From Eledone cirrhosa (taxonomy: Eukaryota), in NCBI GenBank assembly GCA_964016885.1, contig OZ024742.1, positions 159,030,001 through 159,094,000 of the forward strand: 64,000 nucleotides of DNA. Direction: 5' to 3'. Under the pieces are notes generated by a model. That model saw only the letters and a program-made list of their open reading frames with translations. It did not search any database and had not been told where the DNA came from. Position 1 is the stretch's first letter. The number at the start of each line of letters is the position of its first letter. Both the position numbers and the translations under genes were made by a program. Positions 21,476 through 34,294 of the stretch are shown here, piece by piece.

Positions 21476-24400
21476 TCTATATATTGATTTCAACAATGTC
21501 AGGTTTCCGTGTGTCATAATTCTCGATTATCATTGGTTCATAGATTTCAAACGACTCCGCCCACCTCAACGACGCCAAACTTAGATTAATATGCATAATG
21601 CCAATGAGGGAGTGAGAGGGGAAAGTAAGAAACAGAGAGGCAAAGTAAACGCTGTAACTATTACCATGTGTACGTGTGTATGTACGTGCGCGTATGTTTA
21701 TGTGTGTGTGCGTGCAGCGTTCCACAGAATGTAAAAGCTATCAACATGTGTCAGTGTGTGTGTGTGTAAGTTTGCGTGCGTGTGCGCGTTTCCATGTGTG
21801 TGGCGTTCCACAATCGCCACGCAGTTTATCTGTCTGTGTGTCTGTCTGTCAGTCTAACATACACAGAGTTGTGAAGGGAGTAAATAGGGACCTTTCTTTA
21901 CATTGCCGGACATCTTTTATATTTATTATTGTCTTTTTTATACACTGTGTATATGTGTCAGTGTAGAGACATGTGTGTGTGAGATGTGTGTGGAAATAAG
22001 AGGGGAACGAAAGCAATAACTATTAACATGTGTGCGTGTGTATATACGCGCGCGTATGTTTAGGTGTGTGTGCGTGCGTGCAGAGTTCCACAGAAAGTAA
22101 AAACTATCAACATGTGCGAGTGTGTGCGTGTGTAAGTTTGCGTGCGTGTGCCTGTCTGTCAGTCTAACATACACAGAGTTGTGAAGGGAGTAAATAGGGA
22201 CCTTTCTTTACATTGACAGACATATTTTATATTTATTATTGTGTCATTTTTTGACAATTGCTCGAAATGAATACTGATAATAAAAGCAATTCGACTTTAT
22301 CAAACAGCGAACTACAGCGGTGACGGCGTGCAGCCAGCAATGGAGAAAAACGGGCCGAACAGCGCCATCGGAACGCCGAACATCAGAGGCAAAGACGTGC
22401 CGCCATGAATGAAGAGGAGCTGGCTGAACAACGCCAACGAAACGCTGGAGCCAAGCAGCGACGGCGTGCTGCGATGGTTGAAGACGAACTGGCTGAGCAT
22501 CATCAGCAGATGACCAGAATTCAGCAGCAACGGCGTGCTGCGATGGATGAAGAGGAGCTGGCTGAACAGCGCCAGCGCAATACAGAAGTTCAGAAGTTCA
22601 GAATGATATTAAAAATGGATCATGGCAACCGTGTCATTTTCAGATTGGTGGACGAGCAGAGTGTCCGCATTGTGAAGCATTGCTTTGGAGGCACGAAAAA
22701 CGTGGACCACAATGTGTTGTCATAAATGAGCAGTTCAACTAGAACCATTGCGAATGCTGGATGATGAGGAGTCACCGGAGTTTAAAATACTAAGTATGTG
22801 GGGTGATCAAGGAGATCGAGGTAGATTACTGCGCAAATATTCGCGGCAAATTAACATCGCAGAGAGTTAGTGAGATGTTTGAGCGTGGAGCATGGCAACC
22901 GAATGTAGTCATTCAAGGCCGTTTGTATCATTGTATCGGTAATTTAGAAGTTACCCCAGGAGAGAGGCCTCGATTCGCTCAAAATTACGTTAACGATCCA
23001 GATTATAGTGAATCGGAGGAGAATATCAGGATCGGTTGGATGAAGTTGCCGGGAAATATAACTGAACTTGAACGCCAATCATGGCTTAGACAGTGTAATC
23101 CTTAAGTTATGGATTTCATGTTGGTGGCTGAAATGCAAAATGTTCAGCAGCAAACATTGGTGATTAAGGCTGACGCAGTGCCAAGGAATCAACACGAACG
23201 GCGATATAATGCCCCTGAAGGATTTCGTGAAGTTGCTGTGTTGATGGACGATAAGCCTGGATCGAGAGATATCGTCCTCAATCGCAGAGATGGTGGTCTC
23301 AAGACTATCAATGAGTCAAATGGGGCATACGATCCATTGCATTATGTTCTTTTATTCCCAAAAGGTGAAAATGGATGGAACATGTCTGTTCATTTAGATG
23401 ATCATGAGAATCAGCATCAACAGGGAGGTGGCAATAGACACAATAATTCGATTCGCAACTTTTACGCGTTCCATTTGAACGAGAGGAATCAACAGAGAAA
23501 TGCGCTATTTCAAGCCAGCAGATTGTTCCAGGAATACTGTTGTATGGCATTCGCAAAGATCGAAAATCAAAGGCTAAATTCTATAGCTATACATCAGCAA
23601 CATATCAGAGCTGAATTATATAATAATATACAGGATGCGATAACAGCCGATGATGCCAATAACAAGCAAATTGGTCGACGCATCATTTTGCCATCGTCGT
23701 TCATCGGCGGCCCGAGATATATGAACATTCGCTATCAGGATGCAATGGATATTGTCAGAAAGTTTCGAAAGCCAGATTTGTTTATAACGGTTACATGCAA
23801 TCCTGAATGGACTGATATTAAGGATGCACTTTTGCCAGGACAACAGCCAAAGGACCGTCCTGATATAGTGGCAAGAGTATTCAAAGGATATCTGAAAAAG
23901 ATAATGGATGATGTGGAAAAAGAGGGAATCTTTGGAGGTATAGTTGCTTTTACATACGTAATTGAATTCCAAAAAAAGAGGATTGTCACATGCACATTTG
24001 CTGATCATTTTACATAGAGATTGCAAATTGAGATGTGCTGAGGATGTCGACAGCATTGTGTGTGCAGAACTGCCGGAGAATGAGACACTACGCAACTTGG
24101 TGGCAAAGTCAATGGTGCACAACCAATGCGGAGTGGCAAATCGGAAAGCGCCTTGCATGAAAAATGGCCAATGCAGTAAGCACTTTCCGAAATCTTTTGT
24201 CACGAACACTTCCTGGAACGATGGGGATGCTCATCCCTCATACAGAAGACGGTCGCCTGCCGATGGCGGTTTGGTCGAAAATGTAAACGGTCGACAGGTT
24301 ACAAATCAATGGGTTGTGCCATACAATCCATATTTGATTATGAAATATCGTTGTCATATTAATGTGGAAATTTGTAGCTCAGTGAAAGCTTGCAAATATC

Positions 24401-27059
24401 TATTCAAATATGTTTACAAAGGTCATGATCGGGCAATGATCAATGTCAGGAATGAGGAAGCGAACCAAGGAGATGAAGTTGGCAGGTTCCAGGATGTTCG
24501 CTCGATTGGATCTAGCGAAGCTTGCTGGAGATTGTTCGATTTTCATCTCAATGAACGCAAACCGAGCGTTCAGAAACTGACGGTTCACTTAGAGAATAGG
24601 CAAATGGTCTGTTTTCAGGACACTAGAAGAAGTGTCGAAAGAATTTCTAACGCACCACCTCCTAAGACAGAATTGACTGAGTGGTTCAAGCATAATAGGG
24701 AACATGCTTTGAACCCGGATCAAAAGCAACTCTACTGCGATTTCCCTTCGCACTATATGTGGGATAAGAAGGGAAAGAAATGGAATGATAGAAAACAAAA
24801 GTTGAGATTCATGACTATTGGACGGGTTTGTAATGTTCATCCAGCATCTGGTGATGTGTTTTATCTCCGAATTCTGTTGCATAGTGAGTTTTCGAGAGGT
24901 AAACAGAGCTTCGCTGATTTGAAAACAATCAATGGCGTGGAATATGAAACATACCAGGCTGTGTGTCAACATCTGGGACTCCTTCAAGATGACGCTGAAT
25001 GGAATAACGCCATGGAAGCTGCAGGAACACAGATGCCAGCTCAAATAAGGCAGTTGTTTGTCACGATTCTAGGATTCTACAAGAGAGTTATTTGAACGCC
25101 ATTGGGGAATTATGACTGATGATTTTAGGCATCATCTTCAGGTCGATGATGAACATTTGATGAAGGCTATTGTTTTGCTCAATATTGAGCAACTGCTTGA
25201 AGTTCATTTGAAATGTTTAAGAGATTTCAATTTGCCAATTCCTGATGAAGAAATGCGGCAACGTGTCTTAGCATTGAACATGAGATTGCAGCTTAGACGG
25301 TTGCCACTCGATCGGAGGGAACTATTCCAGTTTGATCCACTGGAACAGCAACGTATTGTGGATGAACGTATGCCAATGTTGACCCAATCTCAGAGAGAAT
25401 TGGTCGATGGCGTTCTCCACTCGATTTCCACTAACGAGCAGCTGTGTGCTTTCATAGATGCTCCAGGAGGCACCGGAAATACATTCTGTTTCAACACTAT
25501 GTTATCGGAAGTCAGAGCTCAGAGGAAGATGGCTCTCCCTGTGGCCACCAGTGGGATCACTGCCACTTTGCTGAGTGGTGGAAGGACCTTCCACTCATGC
25601 TTCAAGGCTCCATTGCCTCCGGATGAGTTGAGTCTGTAACATTACAGGAAAAAGTGAACTCGCGGGCCTTATACGCAATACGTCTCTGATTATTTGGGAC
25701 GAGGCTCCAATGGCACACAGATATTTGCTGGAGGCATTGGACAGAACTTTGAGAGATATCTGCGGTAGTGACCTGCCATTCTGTGGTAAGACTATCATTC
25801 TTGGTGGCGATTTCAGACAGGTGCTACCAATTGTTAGGAATGCTCAAAGAGCGCGAATTGTCGATGCATGTCTGAAAAAGTCCCCGTTGTGGCGCCATTT
25901 CAGAGTTTTGCGATTACACGATAATATGCGACTTCGTATGTTCGGGCAAAACGAAGAGGCTGAGACATACGGCCGATGGTTGATGCAGCTGGGAAACGAT
26001 GAATTGCCACACGTTAGTGATAATCAGACTGTAAGAATCCCAGACCATTTGGTCATGCCACTGGACCGCCAAGCATTGATTGACTGGGTGTTCCCTAATT
26101 TGAATTCTTTTTGGCAGAATATCTCCTGTATATCGGAACGCGTTATTCTAACTCATACGAATGCAACGGTCGATGAAATAAATTCACAAGTAGCCGGAAT
26201 GTTTCCTGGAGAGGAATGGTTGACTGTCAGTGCAGATGCAATGGAGCCTAATCAGCCGAACAATATGGATGTTCCGACTGAGTATCTGAATTCACTTCAA
26301 ATACCCGGATTTCCCCCACATATTTTGAGGTTGAAAAAGGGTATGCCGATTATATTGCTTAGAAATATCAATCATAAAATGGGTCTTTGCAATGGTACCA
26401 GATTGATTGTTGAGCGATTGATTAACGGAAGGGTTTTAGAAGCTAAACTCCCAGGCAGAGAGGAATCGGTTCTCATTCCGAGGATCATGCTGAGACCAAG
26501 TGAAGATCTGCTGTCATTCATTTGGCAAAGGAGACAGTTTCCCGTCAATTTGGCCTTCTCCATGACTGTTAACAAGGCACAGGGACAGACTTTCAAGCGA
26601 GTCGGTGTCTACTTGAATGAACCAGCAGTCAGCCATGGGCAACTGTATGTTGCTGCATCTCGAGTGTGCGATCCTGATGGTATAAAATTTGCAATTGATA
26701 CCACTAACAGAGGAACAACCCTGAATATTGTCTATAATGAAGCTTTGAGCTGATGTATGCATATCTTTAATGCTATCAATAAGCGACATAAATGATTCGG
26801 ACATTGGTGTCCTTTAATCAGTATTGTGAGCTTTGACAGAGTTATCATTTATGTTCAATGTCATTTAATGTCCTTATGAGCAATAAAAACAAACAAGTAT
26901 TGGTAAAAATTGGTTTCACTGCTATGTTGCGCAATAAATACCAATAAGTATTGGTAGAAATTGCCTTCAAATTTATCGCTTCTGATAGCGGTTGTAATAA
27001 AACCTCATCATATGCTGAGTCTGGCAAAAGGTTTGGTGCCTATGGCCGGCCAGGGCTAG
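21476..27059 (+). mobile_element. Helitron, apparently full-length, decayed
   Basis: A|TC 5' end at 21476; imperfect GC hairpin plus CTAG at 27035-27059; RepHel coding region; tandem duplication ~21655-21935 / ~22015-22243. Confidence 0.85.
22267..26753 (+). pseudogene. Helitron RepHel (HUH/Y2 Rep + Pif1-family helicase) with stops and frameshifts
   Basis: DLFITVTCNPEW, VIEFQ/KRGLSHAHLLI, KYLFKYVYKG; DAPGGTGNTF (Walker A K>N), WDEAPM, GGDFRQVLP, FSMTVNKAQGQT, HGQLYVAASRV; ATG 22267 is in frame with ORF 22405 across a TGA. Confidence 0.95.
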
Positions 27060-27248
27060 AGTAATATTGAAAAACGATTCTATTTTCGAAGTAGAAGGAT
27101 CCGCTATTTGGAGTTCAAACCAGGCCACCTCCCCGAGTGAACTCTGTGCAATATTGACTGTCTATTACTCAGTGGCTAAGAGCCTGGAAATTACTGAATA
27201 AATGTTTGTGTCATATAATTTGTTGTTTTATTATTATAGCTGACTATA

Positions 27249-27425
27249 GGGCGGTGAATTGGCAGTGTTGGTAGAGGGTTGGACGCCATGTTTTCTAGCA
27301 TAGTTACGTCCCTTTACAGTCTGAGTTCAAATCCCGCCGAGGTTAACTTTGCCTTTCATCCTTACGGGGTCGATAAAATAAAGTACCAGTAATGTACTGG
27401 GTAATTGCTGGCCTTGTGCCAGAAA
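27249..27425 (+). mobile_element. SINE family 1
   Basis: Colinear with other copies. Confidence 0.85.
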
Positions 27426-28250
27426 CGGATAACGCTGACATAGGTGCAAGCGAGAAATCAAACCCGTCATCGATAATTATTATGGTAATTTGAGTTGAAA
27501 TGTACACCGAACTAATGCTATCCACGAACTCAATCAACAGACCTACACTCACCAGACCCGTACCAGATGTGTACCGCACAAAAAGTAAAAATGAAACACG
27601 TCCTTCATAACAATATCCCAACCATCCAAGCCAAGCAACAACGAGTCTGCACCAGTTACTGGCATAGAAGGGGCCGATAGACGTTATTAGGCTGCAGCCG
27701 TCATGTTACATAGTTTCTATATTACTCTGCATGTATTTGCAGTTAAGTTCTGTTGAGGGTGAAGCATTGGGGTCCAATATCCAAATAACTAAGCTATTAT
27801 TCCTGCATTATTGCTTATGTAATAGCCAATCAGAACATGCTACAATAAACCAAAATCTGAAACATTTAATTCTTTTAAGAAAAATGAAATAAAACAAAAG
27901 AAATAAGAAGAAAAAAGAAAAAGCATAAAACATGAAAACTCCTTTCCACCTTACAATATTTGGTACCTATTTGAAGTCGGGTGTGGTGTCTGTAACCCTA
28001 GATAGGGGCCTATTTCTGGCACTGGTAGTCAGATCCCGAGACTCAAATCATTTCACTCTATTTTCAAAGGAACATTAGATAACACTATGGCAAGTATTGA
28101 AAAAACGTTTCTCAAAATATTACAACTAAAAGGAATATAAACTTAACATGCTATATATAGAGGAAGCTTTCAGTAGTGACTTAACAACCCATGAAGGATT
28201 GGGTTGTTTTAACCTTTAATATTTACATTACTTTATGTAAATACTAAATG

Positions 28251-28437
28251 GGGCGGTGGATTGGCAGTATCGGTAGAGGGTCGGACGCCATGCTTTCAAG
28301 CATAGTTACGTCCCTTTACGATCTGAGTTCAAATCCCGCCGAGGTTGACTTTGCCTTTCATCCTTACGGGGTCGATAAAATAAAGTACCAGTAATGCACT
28401 GGGTAATTGCTGGCCTTGTGCCTAAAGTAGAAACAAG
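28251..28437 (+). mobile_element. SINE family 1 with probable target-site duplication
   Basis: tatttacattactttat at 28220-28236 and 28439-28455. Confidence 0.88.
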
Positions 28438-28787
28438 TATTTACATTACTTTATATTTACTATTGTATATTCAAGGTAAAGGCTTTATTTCCCATAATTA
28501 TCTCACATAATCTCAAGTCTACGAGAGTTTGATGATGTTATTGTTTATTTTAAGAACAATATCTTAACGTTGGTGTGAGCTGTTGGTTACGGCCAGTTTC
28601 AAAAAGGGGAAAGAATTCTGGTCGAATACAACAGGTTTAAATGCTACTAAAGTGTTGATCCTCATCATCCTTTTTAAATCCAGTTTTCTCTGCTGTCATG
28701 GGTTGGACCTGGCATTTTTGAGTTAATATTTTCTCTTCCTGATGCTAACAATTTTAGTCATCTCTTACGAAATGCAAGGTTATATAT

Positions 28788-29173
28788 ATCATCATCGTCA
28801 TTTTACGTCCGCTTTTCCCTGCTTGCAAGGGTGGGACGGGAACTGATTCTGGCTTGATTTCTACAGCTGGATGCCCTTCCTAACACCAACCTCATTTACA
28901 GTGAGTGCAGGGTGCTTTTTTTTCCATGGCGCCTACACGTCCACTTTACAGTGTGGGCTGGGTGCTTTTTTGCCGTGGCACCTCCACGACCACTTTGCAG
29001 TGGAATGACAGGGACCCCAGTCCTATCATCTCATTTCTACAGCTGAGTAAACTGGAGCAATGTAAAATAAAGTGTCTTGCTCAAGGAACCAACACATCAC
29101 CCGGTCTGAGAATTGAACTCACAACCTTTCGATTGCAAGGCCAATGCTCTAACCACTAAGCCATGTGCCTCCA
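28788..29173 (-). mobile_element. tRNA-derived SINE family 2 (CORE-like middle, RTE-type 3' tail)
   Basis: Minus: GGAGGCACATGGCTTAGTGG (A box), GAGTTCAATTC (B box), CCTTGAGCAAGACACTTTA, then tail shared with RTE copy 55252-55520, ending (GAT)n. Confidence 0.85.
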
Positions 29174-29365
29174 CATATATATATATACATATTCTAAAAA
29201 CTGGGATATAGTTCACATTATGAATCTTTTATTTTCTTGCTCCTGAAAAAGGAAGTAAAGGGAAGGTTGGTGCTTGTCTGAATTCAACATGAAATAGTCA
29301 GTATCAATTTCCAACATCCACCCTCTTTACTAAATCAACTATCATCATTATTATCATTTTATATT

Positions 29366-29556
29366 GCGGTGGATTGGCAGTATCGGTAGAGGGTCGGACG
29401 CCATGCTTTGACGTATAAAGTTACGGCCCTTGCCATTCTGAGTTCAAAACCCGCCGAGGTTAACTTTGCCTTTCATCCTTACGGGGTCGATAACATAAAG
29501 TACCAGTAATGCACTGGGTAATTGCTGGCCTTGTGCCAAAAGTAGAAATAATTATT
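29366..29556 (+). mobile_element. SINE family 1
   Basis: Colinear with other copies. Confidence 0.85.
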
Positions 29557-30446
29557 ATCATTTTACATTCATTTTCCTTGCTCTTGTCTCTTCTTTATTT
29601 CATCTCCTTTCTTCTATATTTCCACTCTTTTCTCTCCTTTACTTCACCTTCTATTCTATGGATTGGACAGGTCAAACTAATTCGAGGTTAGATGGGTCAG
29701 AGACCCACATCTGCTATTCCCAATGCCAATCACTTTCCAGAGTGTACTGCATGTATTTTATCATGACACCAGCACTAGCATTTTACAAAATGTACTGAAT
29801 GTATTTAAGAATGGTACAATCACTAGAAAGGCTGAAATGTACTTAGTAAGATAGAAGAATCCTCTCTATTCTATATTGTCTGCCTATCAAATATCAACAT
29901 CAACTCTCAATATATATCATCATTTAACATGTCCTGCTAGCATGAGTTGGCTAGGTCTCCACAAACTCAATCAGTACTCTAGCAGAGCTATCAACCTCAC
30001 AAATGTATCAAAGGCCTACATCTTAATTACATAAATTCCTGTACTCTACTAAGTGCATTTAATCATGGCACTAGCACTAGGAAGATTGTCATATCTTTGA
30101 CAGAGATGCAGAGTCCTCCCGAAACTTTTATGGCAAATTTTCTACAGCTATCTGAAAATGACATATACACTGAGAGTGAGTAAATATTCCCATATATTCA
30201 ACTTTCCCTTCCTCATAAATTGCAGGCCTTGTGTTTAGATTAGAAATCATTCTTTATTTGAGTGAATTTGAATGTGAGAAACAGGATGTTGGGTGAATTA
30301 ATTAACAGAATGAAAGATTATAAGGGGGGAAATTTATTTATGATTACTTAAAAATCTTTGATAGATGCCAAGATTGATTTATTAACACACATATGTAGAT
30401 GCAGGCCTTTTCAATGGTAAACCCACAAATTTATAAAATATAGAGT

Positions 30447-30551
30447 TCATAAAATAAACGGCTGAAATACATTCCTTGTGAAAAACTGTGCCAACTCAGA
30501 ATGTTCTGGAGCTCTCCCATCCATCTGAAGCACCAAAGCATAGTGACGGAC
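30447..30551 (-). CDS. Candidate terminal coding exon of an unidentified host gene
   Basis: Pyrimidine-rich ..ctctcactctctgacttaatgtacacAG acceptor, then VRHYALVLQMDGRAPEHSELAQFFTRNVFQPFIL*; non-repetitive; protein not recognised. Confidence 0.35.
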   Translation of the reverse strand, partial: VRHYALVLQMDGRAPEHSELAQFFTRNVFQPFIL

Positions 30552-31204
30552 CTGTGTACATTAAGTCAGAGAGTGAGAGCATGGGTAATAAGCTCAACCA
30601 ACTTCAATTCTCAATTATATAACTCAAGAAAACCAGTTGTGGTATAAAGAAGTTATTTAATGAACAAATTCATCCCTAATTTAATAATACATAATACGGT
30701 ATGTAGAGATTATAATAGCATCAGGTATCCACAGGTTATTGTTAGTGAGTGTATATGTGAGCATGTGTGTGTGCATGAGCACATATATATTAAATACTCT
30801 CACGACAGGATGTGCTGTCAAATATACACATATTTAACCCTTTTGATACCAAACTTCCTGAAACTACCTCTGTCTCTGTGATACAAAACTACATATTTTA
30901 CAGATCATATATTTATCTGAAAGCCTTCCATCATAGTTTTTATGTAAAAATGATTGTTAAGCCTTTTGATATCAAACTTCCTGAAACTGTCCCTGTGATA
31001 CAAGACTACATATTTTAAAGTGTTTGAATTTATCTAAAAACCTTTCATTATGGTTTTATGTAATAAAGTTTCAAAATTGTCCACCTTCCTTCCAATGGTA
31101 TCTAAATTCAGAACATAAAGGCACATGAGTAAATGCCACAAGAGCATTTAATTCCTCCCCTGATCTAGTTCTGTTATCTACAACCCTAACAATAATAATA
31201 ATAT

Positions 31205-31500
31205 TGGTTTCAGATTTAAGCACAAGGCCAACAATTTGGGGGAAGGGGAAAGTTGATTAAACCAACCCCAGTGTATTACTGGTACTTTATTTTATTGACC
31301 CCGTAAGGATGAAAGGCAAAGCTAACCTCGGCAGGATTTGAACTCAGATCGTAAAGGGACGTAACTCTATGTCAGAGCTTTTGTCTGACGCTCCACTGAT
31401 ACTGCCAATCCACCACCCTCCTAACAATAATTGTTTCTACTTTTGGCAGAAGGCCAGCAATTACCCAGTGCATTACTGGTACTTTATTCTATCGACCCCA
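31205..31500 (-). mobile_element. SINE family 1 variant (31205-31416) plus a 3' fragment (31430-31500)
   Basis: Reverse-complement core and head. Confidence 0.8.
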
Positions 31501-32074
31501 ACAATAATAATATCTAAAATGACTTGCAGATAATGGAAAAACACAAAAATACAAAACAAAATATAAATGTATAACAAAACGAAAAAAAATTAAATTATAT
31601 TAAATAAAGTTTTATTTTTAAATATTTACAAAATAACCCAAAGGATATGTAAATTATAGATATAAACACTTTTATATACACATATATATATATACACATA
31701 TATATATATATATATATATATACAAATACATATATATATACACATATATATATATACACATACATACACATATTTATAACATACATATACATACATATAC
31801 ATGTGTGTGTGCATGTGTGTATATATATAAATATATACACACATCACACAAACAAACATACATATGATACATACATACAAACATACATAATATAAACAGT
31901 GGAGTGCTCATGTCATGTGCAGAAATGCTACAACATTAAAATAGGCTTAAGACTCCCCAAGATAAAAAAAGAAGTTGCCTGTCTATGGAGGGTCTGCTAT
32001 TTTGTAGCATCTCCAAGCATGAGCATACCAGTCTTCATATTAACTTTATCTTTTCAGCCCTTCATAAAAGAACC

Positions 32075-32170
32075 AAGAAATCGCTGCTTTCACCCTTAAC
32101 GGGATCTTTACAAGATCCCGTTAAGGGTGAAAGCAGCAATTCTTTGCTTGAACTTCAATCTGTTATTTTA
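32075..32170 (+). mobile_element. Family E fragment with ~70-bp palindrome centred at the hammerhead core
   Basis: ..cacccttaacgggatct-ttaca-agatcccgttaagggtgaaagcagc.. Confidence 0.7.
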
Positions 32171-32455
32171 ATATATATACATTTATATGCACAAATAGAC
32201 ATACACATATATGTCAATGTATTTTATATACATGGATATATAGATATATAATAGCTCATATGCTGGTATATATACATATGAACATACATATAGAAATATA
32301 TGTATGTGTTTATCTGTATATATACTCGTATGTGTATGTATATATGTCCATGTGTAATATATATATATATATATATATATTATGGAATACTGTTGGCTTT
32401 TTGCTACAATATTTTCTATACCTTTCATTTATATATATATATATACATATACATA

Positions 32456-32555
32456 CAGGGTGTCCCCCCAAAATGTATACGCACTTTGATTACCTGTACA
32501 GGCAATATTTATTAGCATGCTGTTGAAGTATGTATACATTTCTTGGGATAGCCTG
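32456..32555. mobile_element. Tc1/mariner-type MITE
   Basis: TA|CAGGGTGTCCCCCCAAAATGTATAC ... GTATACATTTCTTGGGATAGCCTG imperfect TIRs, in a TA-rich tract. Confidence 0.7.
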
Positions 32556-32620
32556 TGTATATATATATATATATATATATTAAGTATATGCTTGTTTTAT
32601 GGGTTTGTATGATGAACACA

Positions 32621-32803
32621 CAAAGAATCGCTGCTTTCACCCTTAACGGGATCTTCTAAAGATCCCGTTAAGGGTGAAAGGAGCGATTCTTTGCTTAAAC
32701 TTTAATTTGCTATTTTAATAAATATTTGCTCTACGGTTTTTATATATTTTTATCCTTATCGAGCCCTCTTTGGATTTTAGTCTTCACATTTATTATTATT
32801 ACT
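32621..32803 (+). mobile_element. Family E copy with palindrome 32621-32693
   Basis: Same fold-back position as 32075; downstream matches 19395-19445 and 19754-19800. Confidence 0.72.
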
Positions 32804-32922
32804 ATATATATATATCTCTCTCCAAGGAGTGTAACATGAAGTTACTGTAGGTTCACCCAGGTGAGCACTCGATGTTTAGGTTCACGTCATTGGCGAGGTG
32901 TAGAGCTAGACAGAGTGTAATA

Positions 32923-33666
32923 TAATAATACAAGGACGATTTGTTATGCCTTCATTACTTTTATTGATTGGTGACGCGCATTTCATTATTGATCAGCTCA
33001 AGGTTTGATCTGTATCGATCTGGTCCAACTACGGAATCACAAGCTCGTCGGACCTCTGCTGTTGTAATGACAGAATGAACATATAAAGCATAGAAAACTT
33101 CTGATTTATATGGTCATTCTGTCATTACAACAGCAGAGGTCCGACGAGCTTTTGATTCCAGAGTCGGACCAGATCGATACAGATCATCATCATCATCATC
33201 ATCATTTCATTTTACGTCCGCTTTTCCCTGCTTGCAAGGGTAGGACGGGAACTGATTCTGGCTTGATTTCTACAGCTGGATGCCCTTCCTAACACCAACC
33301 TCACTTACAGTGAGTGCTGGGTGCTTTTTTTTCCATGGCGCCTACACGTCCACTTTACAGTGTGGGCTGGGTGCTTTTTTGCCGTGGCACCTCCACGACC
33401 ACTTTGCAGTGGAATGATAGGAACCCCAGTCTCTATCATCTCATTTCTACAGCTGAGTAAACTGGAGCAATGTGAAATAAAGTGTCTTGCTCAAGGAAAC
33501 AACACATCACTCGGTCTGAGAATTGAACTCACAACCTTTCGATTGCAAGGCCAATGCTCTAACCACTAAGCCATGTGCCTCCAACTAACAGATCAATAGC
33601 GAAACACTTGTCACTAATCAATAAACATAATGAAGACATAACAAATCGTCCTTGTATTATTATTAT
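32923..33666. mobile_element. Fold-back element (family F) with a CCGACGA-core hammerhead on each arm; right arm interrupted by a SINE
   Basis: Arm 32923-33087 versus 33104-33186 plus 33583-33666; minus motif 32970-33054 GGT-CCGACGA-..-GAAA-T gcgc G TC-ACC; plus motif 33138-33615 GGT-CCGACGA-GCT..AGC-GAAA-CA ct TG TC-ACT. Confidence 0.7.
33187..33582 (-). mobile_element. SINE family 2
   Basis: Near-identical to 28788-29173. Confidence 0.88.
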
Positions 33667-34294
33667 TATATATATATATGTGTGTGTGTGTTTATATACA
33701 TATATATATATATATATATAAACAGAGACACATATATACACATACATACAAGCATATACAGGCACATAACTTAAAACTCTAATATGATACATTAAAGATA
33801 AATAAGAGTAGCATCCACTAGAAAGCCATTTAATTTTTAAAGAAAATCCTATTTTAACCTCTTCATGCACACAAATTTTTACAAAGATTTTTTTTTTAAA
33901 TCAACCCTATACCCACACCAACGCACACATTATAGCCCCCAACCATTCTCCACTGAGCCTCACCTAGATTAAACCCAGATTAACCAAGCTTGAAGCCTCA
34001 TCCACACACCAGTTCACTCAACCTGGAACTGATGAATTTCTGATCTGTGATTTATACAGTAACCTGGGTATTGTTTTGATGGTAACGAAAAAAATTATAA
34101 TAAATAAATAAAACTAACAAAACAAAAAACAAAAGAAGAAAAAAATCTCTACCACATGATGGTCACATGATGGAATACAAACAGCCTCAGTTGAATAGTT
34201 ATTGAACTGGCTCACATGATTGCTCTACCATGTCTTTGGTTAAATCACAAATATATAGGTATTGGAAATCGAATATTTATGTAAGCGTTTATTG

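Noticed and set aside
33963-34063. AG..GT-bounded segment on minus, and a CTGATGA at ~34029 on plus
   Set aside because: Stops in all three frames; the CTGATGA has no matching GAAA or stems
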